Shown: piece after piece, positions 17,657-25,441 of the stretch
How positions within the stretch are numbered: the first letter of the stretch is position 1
Layout of the letters: each line of letters begins with the position of its first letter
IMG/VR virus record: IMGVR_UViG_3300005937_000008
Span: 1 to 64,000 of that record
Length of the DNA: 64,000 bases
Reading direction: 5' to 3' (one strand)
Origin: a virus
Lineage: Duplodnaviria > Caudoviricetes
Position numbers and translations under genes: made by a program
Notes under the pieces: model-generated
Seen by the model: the letters and a program-made list of their open reading frames with translations, nothing else
What the model was told of the DNA's origin: nothing
Databases searched by the model: none

Positions 17657-17905
17657 TCAGACCTCGCTCTGAGCGGCAGTCTGCCTGTGTCGGTTGTACT
17701 CGTCGGCCTGCTGGGCGTTGCGTTCCAGGCCGTCAGCAAGATGTATGGCGAGTTCCGGGGTGATCTCGATGTAGATCACGCGGCCGTCTTCCTTCTCGGG
17801 GTCGATGATGCGGGCCTGGAGGTACACGGCCTTGCCGCCCCCCTTCGCCAGGCGGTGGCCCCATCCTGTGAGGCGCGCCGCCCAGGGCTGCTTGCGTCCG
17901 GCCAT
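17657..17905 (-). CDS. Hypothetical protein (82 aa)
   Basis: ORF track; TGATG coupling. Confidence 0.55.
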   Translation of the reverse strand: MAGRKQPWAARLTGWGHRLAKGGGKAVYLQARIIDPEKEDGRVIYIEITPELAIHLADGLERNAQQADEYNRHRQTAAQSEV

Positions 17906-18471
17906 CAGTTGCTCTCCTCGTTGAGTTTGGCGGCCCTGGCGTGGGCACGCTCGCGGCTACTCGGCCTGGTATCACGCCTGTAGCGGGCCGGTATGGCTGG
18001 CACTGTGGGGGTGGCGTAGCCGAGAGCGGCAAATACGTGCATGCCGGTGACGGTGTCGAGTACGGCGAAGTAGCCGGGGCCGAGCTGCTGAACCTCGTAG
18101 CGGGGCTTCGCGGGAGCCGTCTGGCTCGGCGCCTCAGGCTCCGGCGTGGGGTCCTGCCTCGGGGCGGGCGTGTGCTCGCCGCACCTCCAGCCGCCGTGCT
18201 CGTTCTTCTCCGGCAGCTCGTAGCCCTCGGGCAGGCCGGGCTCCCACGGCTTCTCGCCGGAGCCCTGGCAGATGTCGCCGTCCGGCTGCTGGGGCAGGCC
18301 GCCGGAGAGGGTGAAGTGGCCCATGTCGACGGACTCGCGATGCTTGCGCATGGTGCCGTCCTTGCGGAGCTTGCCCGCCCACTTGCAGCGAGGGCAGGTC
18401 GCGTAGCTGTCGTCGGCGGTGGCGTGGTCGGCCATGAGCGGTTCCGTCTTCTCGGTCTTGTTCTCGGTCAT
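17905..18471 (-). CDS. Hypothetical protein with CxxC motif (188 aa)
   Basis: TCPRCKWAGKLRKDGTMRKH...ICQGSG; first gene of divergent operon. Confidence 0.55.
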   Translation of the reverse strand: MTENKTEKTEPLMADHATADDSYATCPRCKWAGKLRKDGTMRKHRESVDMGHFTLSGGLPQQPDGDICQGSGEKPWEPGLPEGYELPEKNEHGGWRCGEHTPAPRQDPTPEPEAPSQTAPAKPRYEVQQLGPGYFAVLDTVTGMHVFAALGYATPTVPAIPARYRRDTRPSSRERAHARAAKLNEESN

Positions 18472-18502
18472 CACGCTCACTACTTCTCCCTGGTCGCCTC
18501 TT

Positions 18503-18584
18503 GTTTCTGTACCTACAGAATGCGCCCGCGGGGAGAGTCTTGTCAAGGCGTCGCGCGAGATGGATGCTAGTTTCTGTACCTACA
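18503..18584. promoter_or_regulatory. Divergent promoter with repeated operator
   Basis: GTTTCTGTACCTACA at 18503-18517 and 18570-18584 (first copy extends to palindrome TTCTGTA-CC-TACAGAA); minus-strand TTGACA at 18541-18546. Confidence 0.7.
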
Positions 18585-18603
18585 AATAGGAGGAGGTGGC
18601 CGA

Positions 18604-18822
18604 GTGGCCAGGCCGAAGACCGGCGAGACGCCCATCCGCAACGTCCGCGTACCCGACGGCGTCTGGAACGCCGTCAAAGCCAAGGCGAAAGCGGAGGGGC
18701 GAACCATCACCGATGTCGTCGTGACCGCGCTCCACCGGTATGCCGCCACCCCCGCCAAGATGGACGACGCGAGCAGCGAGCAGTCCGGGACATTGCAAAG
18801 CGCCCCGCTCCCCCACCGCTGA
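18604..18822 (+). CDS. Ribbon-helix-helix (Arc/CopG-like) regulator (72 aa)
   Basis: TPIRNVRVPDGVWNAVKAKAKAEGRTITDVVVTALHRY; AGGAGGAGG RBS. Confidence 0.75.
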   Translation: MARPKTGETPIRNVRVPDGVWNAVKAKAKAEGRTITDVVVTALHRYAATPAKMDDASSEQSGTLQSAPLPHR

Positions 18823-18843
18823 TGCGGCAAGGAAGCGGGGCGC
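18800..18843. terminator. Stem-loop between convergent lysis cassette and RHH gene
   Basis: GCGCCCCGCT...AGCGGGGCGC outer stem with inner CCGC-TGAT-GCGG hairpin. Confidence 0.55.
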
Positions 18844-18854
18844 AGTCGCGTGGT

Positions 18855-18911
18855 TCAGAATCCGAGGACGACGGACAGGCTGGCGTACAGGTCGAGAACA
18901 ACGGACAGCAT
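18855..18911 (-). CDS. Putative 18-aa hydrophobic peptide MLSVVLDLYASLSVVLGF
   Basis: Strong purine-rich RBS (GAAAGGGGGTGA) before ATG; lies just before terminator. Confidence 0.4.
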   Translation of the reverse strand: MLSVVLDLYASLSVVLGF

Positions 18912-18948
18912 GGGCTCACCCCCTTTCCCGGCTGGTGGGGCAGTCGGG

Positions 18949-19116
18949 TCAGGGCTCCTCGTTGGCCGGTGGGGGCGGCAGGTCGGGTTCGAGGAACGGG
19001 GAGATGGACGGCGCCGGGATCGGCTGAGGGTCGAGGCGGCCCAGGCGCTCGAGACTCGCGGCGTATGCGGCGGTCGTGTCGCGGCGCGGGAGCCGGGCGG
19101 CAGGCGGTTCAGGCAT
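18949..19116 (-). CDS. Pro-rich hypothetical protein (55 aa)
   Basis: Manual translation MPEPPARLPRRDTTAAYAASLERLGRL...; AGGAGG RBS. Confidence 0.5.
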   Translation of the reverse strand: MPEPPAARLPRRDTTAAYAASLERLGRLDPQPIPAPSISPFLEPDLPPPPANEEP

Positions 19117-19125
19117 GCGGGCCTC

Positions 19126-19797
19126 CTAGGCGTACTGCGTGCGGCGCGGATCCAGGGCCGCGGCCTGATTGCTACTGTTGCCCCCGCTGTTGCCGTTGCC
19201 GGGCTGGTCGGGCTCGCAGTCGTACCGCGGGTTGTTCTCGTCGAAGCCGTCGACCGGCTTGCAGCTGTAGGTGGTGCCGAGATAGGTGAACGTCCAGCCG
19301 GCTGGCGGCTTCCCGTTACTGCCGTCCTTGCCGTCCTTGCCGTCGGCGCCGTCGACCCCGTCCCTGCCCGGAGGCCCGGAAGGCCCGGGGACGGTCGAGT
19401 CCGCGCCCGGCGATCCGCTCGGGCCCGGCACCGTCGAGTCGGCCCCATCCTTCCCCGGGGCCCCGGATGCGCCAGAAGGGCCCGGCGACGGGGTGCTGGT
19501 GGGCGCCGGCTTGCCCGATGCGCCCGCCGGCCCGGTACTGCCCCGCGGCCCGCGGGGGCCGACGACAGACTTTCCGGACGCGCCGCGCGGACCTGCTACC
19601 GGCTTGCCGCCGAGATTGCGCACCTGCTGAGACAGGGCTGCGATGTCGGCGTCCTTGTCCTTCAGGTCGCTCGACATGCCCTGGATGCTCAGCACGATCC
19701 ACGCGAACGCGGCCCCCAGCGCGACGGCGGCGACGACCGCAAAGAAGTCGCCTCGGCGCCAACGTCTCTCTTCAGCGCGGATCTCCGACCGCGTCAC
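19126..19797 (-). CDS. Membrane-anchored collagen-like protein in lysis cassette (223 aa)
   Basis: N-terminal TM, short coiled coil, interrupted Gly-X-Y repeats, C-terminal Cys pair. Confidence 0.75.
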   Translation of the reverse strand: MTRSEIRAEERRWRRGDFFAVVAAVALGAAFAWIVLSIQGMSSDLKDKDADIAALSQQVRNLGGKPVAGPRGASGKSVVGPRGPRGSTGPAGASGKPAPTSTPSPGPSGASGAPGKDGADSTVPGPSGSPGADSTVPGPSGPPGRDGVDGADGKDGKDGSNGKPPAGWTFTYLGTTYSCKPVDGFDENNPRYDCEPDQPGNGNSGGNSSNQAAALDPRRTQYA

Positions 19798-20090
19798 GAC
19801 CCGGACCCCCGTGTCAGGAGGATGATGACGGGCAGCAGGATCCCGACGAGCGGCACGATCACTGCGCCGACCAGCCAGCGGCGTGTTGCGACGATCCGCT
19901 CGGCGTCCTTCTCCCGCAGTGTTTCCAGGGTGGCGACGCGTTGTGCCAGGGCGTCGTGGCGGATGTCGTAGAGCTTTTGGTCCACCTTTTGGGCCAGCTC
20001 TGCGGACAGCGCTCTGATGTCGTCCCGAATGTCGCCGGTCCGCTCATCGAGGCGGCGGGCGAGCTCCCCGAGAGTCGGATCCTCCGGCAC
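19794..20090 (-). CDS. Coiled-coil protein with C-terminal TM helix (lysis accessory)
   Basis: Helical N-terminus; WLVGAVIVPLVGILLPVIILL. Confidence 0.65.
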   Translation of the reverse strand: MPEDPTLGELARRLDERTGDIRDDIRALSAELAQKVDQKLYDIRHDALAQRVATLETLREKDAERIVATRRWLVGAVIVPLVGILLPVIILLTRGSGS

Positions 20091-20102
20091 GCGCTACTCC
20101 GA

Positions 20103-20468
20103 TCAAACGCCCGGCTTCGCGGGCTGCGCTGCGGGCGCCGTCGGCGAGGCCGGGGAGACCTGCACTCGCGTCAGCAGCGTGAGCACTGCGAGGACGACGG
20201 TGTTGATGGCGCCGACAGTCTCCTGCGACACGTTGTAGCCGAGCGTTCCGACGAGGACCGCCCCGGCGGCAACGACCGCGGTGAACGCCTGCGGAGCGAT
20301 GGGGCGGGTCATGGCGGCGGCGATGGCGCCGAGGATCGCGGACACGGCGGCGACGATGGCGCCAGCCGTCTCGGCGCTCAGGCTGGTGATGCCGAGGGAG
20401 ACGATGAGGCCGAGGACGGCCGAGAGGGTGTTCAGAACCACTACCGGTTCGCGCCCGAAGAGCTTCAC
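20103..20468 (-). CDS. Holin (121 aa)
   Basis: MKLFGREPVVVL start, four hydrophobic segments, position in lysis cassette. Confidence 0.75.
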   Translation of the reverse strand: MKLFGREPVVVLNTLSAVLGLIVSLGITSLSAETAGAIVAAVSAILGAIAAAMTRPIAPQAFTAVVAAGAVLVGTLGYNVSQETVGAINTVVLAVLTLLTRVQVSPASPTAPAAQPAKPGV

Positions 20469-21046
20469 AGTGATCTCGCTTCCTGTTCGGCGAGCCAGCG
20501 CCGGACGGTCTGGTTGTGGCGGGCGTCCGCGAGCGCGTTGTGCTCGCCGCTCGCCTGCTTGGGCAGGGCGTCCCAGCCGAGGCCGAGGCGGCGGGCTTCC
20601 TGCTGGATGTCGCTGGTGTACATGGGCACCCCGTCCGGGAGGTCGATCATGCGGCCCCACAGTTGGGCGAGGCACACATGGTCGTAGGCCCCGTAGGAAG
20701 CCCAGAGTTCGACGTCCTGCCCGGCGTCGCGGATGAAGTCCCGCACCTCGCGGGCGATCCGCTCCACGGGCTTCACCGCCGGATCGAGGTAGTTGAACAG
20801 CCACCGCTTCGGCATGTGCAGGATCCAGTCCCCGTGCGGCTTCGGCAGGTTGGGGACCACGTGCTCCATCAACCACTTGTGCCTGCGTACCCGCCGCCGG
20901 AACCGCCAGCCCTTCCAGCCGCGCGCGGCCAGCAGGGCGTTGACGGCGTAGTAGGAGCGGCCGTCGTCCGCGACCATGCCGATCGAGATCGGCTCGATGC
21001 GCACCCCGTCCTCGAGGAATTCCCAGTCGTAGAAGACGTCGGTCAT
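20465..21046 (-). CDS. DEDDh 3'-5' exoribonuclease-like protein (RNase AS/DUF5051 type)
   Basis: FYDWEFLEDG..ISIG..YAV; YGAYDHV; EHNALADARH. Confidence 0.75.
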   Translation of the reverse strand: MTDVFYDWEFLEDGVRIEPISIGMVADDGRSYYAVNALLAARGWKGWRFRRRVRRHKWLMEHVVPNLPKPHGDWILHMPKRWLFNYLDPAVKPVERIAREVRDFIRDAGQDVELWASYGAYDHVCLAQLWGRMIDLPDGVPMYTSDIQQEARRLGLGWDALPKQASGEHNALADARHNQTVRRWLAEQEARSL

Positions 21047-21969
21047 GCGACCACCATGAACAGGCCGGTCTGCGACCCCAGCTTCTTCAGGGACACGCTG
21101 CCCGGGATGCCGTCGGCGTCGTCACCGGAGTAGCCCAGTCGTCGCTGCCACGCCTTGTACGCGTTGACGGTCGTAGACCCGAACGAGCCGTCACCGGCAT
21201 ACGTTTTGGCGAGGTAACCGAGCTTCACCAGCGCCGCCTCGACGAGGTTGGTGCCGGTCATGTACGTGATGTGGCCCTGCTTGGCATCGGGGTCGGTCTT
21301 GGCGGCCTTGATGAGCAGAGACAGGTCGACCCGCGGCTTCGACGGGGTGGGTGCCGGCGCCGGGGTGACCGTGCCGCCGGGTGTCTTGGTCAGCTGCACC
21401 TTCACGGCGGCCCGGAAGTCGTCCATGTCGAAGCTGGGGTCGATCTTCCCGGGCTGGACTTCCTTGTGCCCGGCGACGGACTTCTCCGACCAGCCGTGCG
21501 CCCGGCACAGGGCCGCCGCCCACAGCACTGCGTCCCGGTACTGGTCGGCCGGGTAGGGGTCCTTGCCGTTGCCGAGGTTCTCGATCTCCAGGCCGTAGAG
21601 GCAGTCGTTGCCGTCGGCGTTGGCCTGGTCGTCGTGCGGCAGTGCGGTCTCGTTGCGGAGCGCATTGAGGACGTCGAGGTCGACGGCGCCCGCGTGGTTG
21701 GTGCGGCCGTGGCCGATCATCCACAGGCCGTCCGTCTTGCCCAGCCAGGAGTGGCACAGCGGGCCGGGCAGATCCGCGCGGCCGTTGTAGCAGAGCTCCC
21801 GATCGTTGCGGCCGGCCGTGTGATGGATGAGCACCCCCACCACCGGGCCGAAGGTCTTTCCGGTCGCGGCCTCGCGGTTGCGGGTGGCCCAGTCGGCGTG
21901 CTCGTGCACGGTGAGCCCTTCGGCTCTCAGCTTGGCGAGCATCTGGGTGGCGGACAGCGGTGTAGCCAT
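21043..21969 (-). CDS. Endolysin: N-acetylmuramoyl-L-alanine amidase with C-terminal peptidoglycan-binding domain
   Basis: VLIHHTAG, GLEIEN, VAGHKE..PGKIDP zinc-amidase motifs; GDGSFG..T..AYKAWQ..LG..ADGIPG PG-binding motif. Confidence 0.9.
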   Translation of the reverse strand: MATPLSATQMLAKLRAEGLTVHEHADWATRNREAATGKTFGPVVGVLIHHTAGRNDRELCYNGRADLPGPLCHSWLGKTDGLWMIGHGRTNHAGAVDLDVLNALRNETALPHDDQANADGNDCLYGLEIENLGNGKDPYPADQYRDAVLWAAALCRAHGWSEKSVAGHKEVQPGKIDPSFDMDDFRAAVKVQLTKTPGGTVTPAPAPTPSKPRVDLSLLIKAAKTDPDAKQGHITYMTGTNLVEAALVKLGYLAKTYAGDGSFGSTTVNAYKAWQRRLGYSGDDADGIPGSVSLKKLGSQTGLFMVVA

Positions 21970-22042
21970 GGATGCTCCAGGCGTGACGAAGGCCCCGGCC
22001 ATCGGCGCGGGGCGTGCAGGGTGGGGCGGGCGCGGGTGGGTC

Positions 22043-22492
22043 TCAGTAGTCCCAGGTGGTGGCAGAAAACTGGGCGTGGATCACGTCGACCGGCTCGGTA
22101 TGCGTGTGCCGTACCTCGATGGCCACCGGCTGGCCGGCATTGCCGTGGAACAGCCATGTGCCGTTGCGCAGGTCCTGGCCGACCGTGTCGTCTGCATCCG
22201 ATTCCCCGGTGTTGTCCGGGTTGGTGTATGGATCACGCACGAAACGGACGTTGAACTGGCGCTCGTCGCCCTCATACGTACCGATGTCGTCGAACTTCAC
22301 CAGATATGACCAGATGAAGTCGCCGCTGGTCTTCGGCTTGATGAGGGCCGAGTTCGGGTTCTTCGCCGTGCCGTCGCCCTGGTACATGCCATCGTCGTTC
22401 CGCAGCACGGTGTCGAACCGGATCGTCGTCCACGTGTTCGGCGGAATGGGCTGCCGGATGTTGGTGTACAGCTTGCACTGCGTGGCCATCAC
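22043..22492 (-). CDS. Putative beta-sandwich tail tip / receptor-binding protein (149 aa)
   Basis: Beta-rich (IPPNTWTTIRFD..); last gene of tail block. Confidence 0.45.
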   Translation of the reverse strand: MMATQCKLYTNIRQPIPPNTWTTIRFDTVLRNDDGMYQGDGTAKNPNSALIKPKTSGDFIWSYLVKFDDIGTYEGDERQFNVRFVRDPYTNPDNTGESDADDTVGQDLRNGTWLFHGNAGQPVAIEVRHTHTEPVDVIHAQFSATTWDY

Positions 22493-22521
22493 ACACTTCC
22501 ATCCTGGATGGGCGACTGCGG

Positions 22522-22764
22522 TCAGGAGGACGTCGTCATGTTCCGGGTCGTGTAGGCCGTGAAGCCCTTCGTGCCGGTGACGTTGTAGTAGCGGGGCGCG
22601 AGGAGATCGACGAGCGCTTGCAGGAGGGCGTCGCCTTCGGACTCGGTCGCCGGGCTCTCGGTGCTGATGCTCAGCTGAAAGCTGGTCGCCGAGTTGCTGT
22701 TCAGGCGGCCGTTGATGGTCCAGGTGGTGTCGCTCGTCGACGTCTGCGGGGTGTCGAGGGGCAT
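22522..22764 (-). CDS. Small tail-region protein (80 aa)
   Basis: ATG 22764 with AGGAG RBS. Confidence 0.55.
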   Translation of the reverse strand: MPLDTPQTSTSDTTWTINGRLNSNSATSFQLSISTESPATESEGDALLQALVDLLAPRYYNVTGTKGFTAYTTRNMTTSS

Positions 22765-22771
22765 GCTGCTC

Positions 22772-23533
22772 CTAGGCGGTGTAGGTGGTGACGATGACGA
22801 TTCCGGCGGCCCCGGTGGAGCCGGCGACTGCGGCATTGCTGGCGCCGTTGGAGGGGCCGGATGCGCCGCCGCCGTAGAGGCGGCCGTCGAAGCCGGAGGT
22901 CGAGCCGGAGGTGACGCCGGTGGCGCGGCGCGGGTTGGAGAGGAAGCTGCTGCCGCCGTTGTTGTACTTCACCGGCGTCGCACTGATCACCTGCCCGTTG
23001 CTGCCGTCTCCGCCCGCGAGGCGCCAGTCTCCCCCGGTGCCGCCAGAGGCGCCGTTGGTGCCGCCGATGGTGACGCTGGTGCTGGTGGCGGTTCCTCCCG
23101 CACTGCCTTCGCCGCCAAGGGCAGTAATGAGTGCGCCGAAGCTGCTGGTGCCGCCCGTACTGCCTGCATTGGCTCCGGCCGAGCCGCCAGCGCCTCCGGC
23201 GCCGACGGTGACGGCGACGCTGGCGCCGGCCGTGGAGGGAGTGAACCAGCCGGTTGCGTATTCTCCGCCTGCCCCGCCGGGTGCGCACGCCGCCTGCCCT
23301 GATCCGGTTGCGGCGATGCCGCCGGATCCTCCTCCGGCGCCCTGCACTTGGACGTGGACGAGGATGGCGTTGGCGGGCCGGGTCCAGGTGCCGGAGCTGG
23401 TGAAGACCTGCCGGTCGACGTTGCCGATGATGATGGCGTCGGCGGTCGTGGCCAGGGTTTGGAGATGCTCCCAGAGCCTGGTGTGGTCGCTGGACTGTGG
23501 ATAGGTGATGCCCTTGGAGGTGTTCGCGGTCAT
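22772..23533 (-). CDS. Glycine-rich tail fibre-like protein (253 aa)
   Basis: QVFTSSGTWTRP..VQVQGAGGGSGG and GAGGAGG repeats. Confidence 0.75.
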   Translation of the reverse strand: MTANTSKGITYPQSSDHTRLWEHLQTLATTADAIIIGNVDRQVFTSSGTWTRPANAILVHVQVQGAGGGSGGIAATGSGQAACAPGGAGGEYATGWFTPSTAGASVAVTVGAGGAGGSAGANAGSTGGTSSFGALITALGGEGSAGGTATSTSVTIGGTNGASGGTGGDWRLAGGDGSNGQVISATPVKYNNGGSSFLSNPRRATGVTSGSTSGFDGRLYGGGASGPSNGASNAAVAGSTGAAGIVIVTTYTA

Positions 23534-24342
23534 GAGCTTCGCCTCCAGGAGATCGAGACGGTGAAGGCGGCCGACCAGCTGCCGCGTCCGGCGAGATGGA
23601 TGTACGGGTCGTCGGAGCTGACGTTGATGGCGATACCTCCGCGGGTGCCATCGATGAGGGCTTGGCCCCACGAGGTGGGCAGGGTGAACGTGGTCGAGCT
23701 GCCGATTTTCAGCGACGGCCCGGACGTGGTCTCGTTCAGGGTGGGCGCCCCGCCCGGCCGGGACGTCTGCGAGACGAGCCGTAGCGTCGCCGAGCGGGCC
23801 GCGAAATCACCGGCCGACAGCCGCTTGATCTTCACGGTGGCCTTGGTGCAGGTCGCGCCGTTCAAGGTGTGTGGCTTCGAGCCGTAGAAGGCGCACCCCG
23901 TGTTGCGTCCGTAGCTGCTGCCGCCGTAGCGGCCCTGAAAGAGGTCGAATGAGTTCGTCGGGTCGCCGTCGGAACGCCAACTACCGTCCCGGTAGCAGGC
24001 GGTGGCCGTCGGCACACAGGTCAGCGTGCCCGTCCTCACGGTCGGCTTCGGGGCCGGCGGTGGATCGCCGGTATCCACGGGAGCACTGTCCGCGGGCGCG
24101 GGAGTTGCCGGCGTCGAGGTGGGTGCGGCTGGGATGACGTTGATGACGTAGTAGGTGCTGCCGAGGCGGGCCGCCAGCACGATGTTTCCGACCGCCACGG
24201 TCAGTCCGGTCGCTACCCGGGCGGTGACGGCGATGCCGCCGACGCTGATCAGGCAGGCACCCGACGATGCTGCAGTCAGGGCGACGCCGCGCAGCACGCC
24301 CTTACCGGAGAGGGATATGCGAGTGTCAGCGAAATCCGCCAC
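23530..24342 (-). CDS. Minor tail protein (270 aa)
   Basis: Position; FQGRYGG...GCAFYG pattern typical of actinophage minor tail proteins. Confidence 0.65.
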   Translation of the reverse strand: MADFADTRISLSGKGVLRGVALTAASSGACLISVGGIAVTARVATGLTVAVGNIVLAARLGSTYYVINVIPAAPTSTPATPAPADSAPVDTGDPPPAPKPTVRTGTLTCVPTATACYRDGSWRSDGDPTNSFDLFQGRYGGSSYGRNTGCAFYGSKPHTLNGATCTKATVKIKRLSAGDFAARSATLRLVSQTSRPGGAPTLNETTSGPSLKIGSSTTFTLPTSWGQALIDGTRGGIAINVSSDDPYIHLAGRGSWSAAFTVSISWRRSS

Positions 24343-24354
24343 CGGCCCTCCCCT

Positions 24355-25440
24355 CTACAGGACGCGGACGGTGAGGGACTGCTCGCCTGGCGAATAGGGC
24401 AGCGACAGGGATTCGATCACGCATGACGCGTTCGTCAGGCCGGCGCCGGTCACGGACACGATGTCGCCGGTCATGAGGCCGGGGTGGGGGACCATCGTCA
24501 CGGCCAGTCTGCGGAACGCCTGTCGTCGCAGGAGTGTCAGTTTCGATGCAGCGGACTTCCGGCATTGGCTGACGGTGGTCAGCAGCGACGACTGGAAGGT
24601 GTACGGGACGGGCAGCGGATTGAAGGGGCCGCCGTAGCGGTAGGGCGAGTCGCCGATGCCGTCGTAAGCGACGCCCTGGATCTGGTTCCCGGAGGCGTCC
24701 TCGCCTTGGGCGACGACGACGTTGAAGGCTCCGTCGCGTGACGTTGCCCCCTGCCACCGGACGACGGTGCCGGTGGATGGGTCGTCGGTGATGGCGATGA
24801 CCGGGCTGCCGGCGTCGGATACAGGCTCGATGAACAGGTAGCCGTCCTCGGTGACGCGTGCGTCTGCGGCCCAGGAGTCGAGCACTTCGGTGATGGCGGC
24901 GAGCCGGTCGGAGTCCCATTGCAGGCCGAGCGGGACGGCCCGGTCGGTCAGTGCGCCGTCGAAGCTGCAGGTGAGTGCGGGCTCGACGAGGCCGCGGATG
25001 ACGGATCCGAGGGTGTCGGTGCTGGACGGCTGGAAGGGGCTGACGAGTTGGGCTTCGTCGATGAGGGTGAGGAGTCCGGCGCAGTTGACGGAGACGGTAT
25101 CGCCGTCGGTCGACGACTCGGTGATGAGGAACCAGCCGCGATTGATCCATTCGAATTGGCCGCCGATGTCGATACCGTAGTCGATGCGGAGCATCTGCCC
25201 GTAGGCGGCGAGCGGGTGGGTCGGGTCGGTGCCGGGGTCCCAGTCGTAGCCTTGGTCGCGGCGGGGTACGGTGAGGCTGATCTGTTCGGGGACGGCAAGG
25301 GATCGGTCGCGGCTCTCCGATCCGTCGTCGATGGGGATGTTGTCGGCGATGAGCTGCCCGTCGAGCCAGGATTCGGCCCGGATGTCCATGGTGTAGGAGC
25401 CCTGTACGACCGCGAGCGCGGTAGTCGACATGTCGAGCAT
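24355..25440 (-). CDS. Minor tail / baseplate hub protein, DUF5047-like (361 aa)
   Basis: Position after distal tail gene; PLAAYGQMLRIDYG..RGWFLI pattern. Confidence 0.7.
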   Translation of the reverse strand: MLDMSTTALAVVQGSYTMDIRAESWLDGQLIADNIPIDDGSESRDRSLAVPEQISLTVPRRDQGYDWDPGTDPTHPLAAYGQMLRIDYGIDIGGQFEWINRGWFLITESSTDGDTVSVNCAGLLTLIDEAQLVSPFQPSSTDTLGSVIRGLVEPALTCSFDGALTDRAVPLGLQWDSDRLAAITEVLDSWAADARVTEDGYLFIEPVSDAGSPVIAITDDPSTGTVVRWQGATSRDGAFNVVVAQGEDASGNQIQGVAYDGIGDSPYRYGGPFNPLPVPYTFQSSLLTTVSQCRKSAASKLTLLRRQAFRRLAVTMVPHPGLMTGDIVSVTGAGLTNASCVIESLSLPYSPGEQSLTVRVL

Positions 25441-25441
25441 G

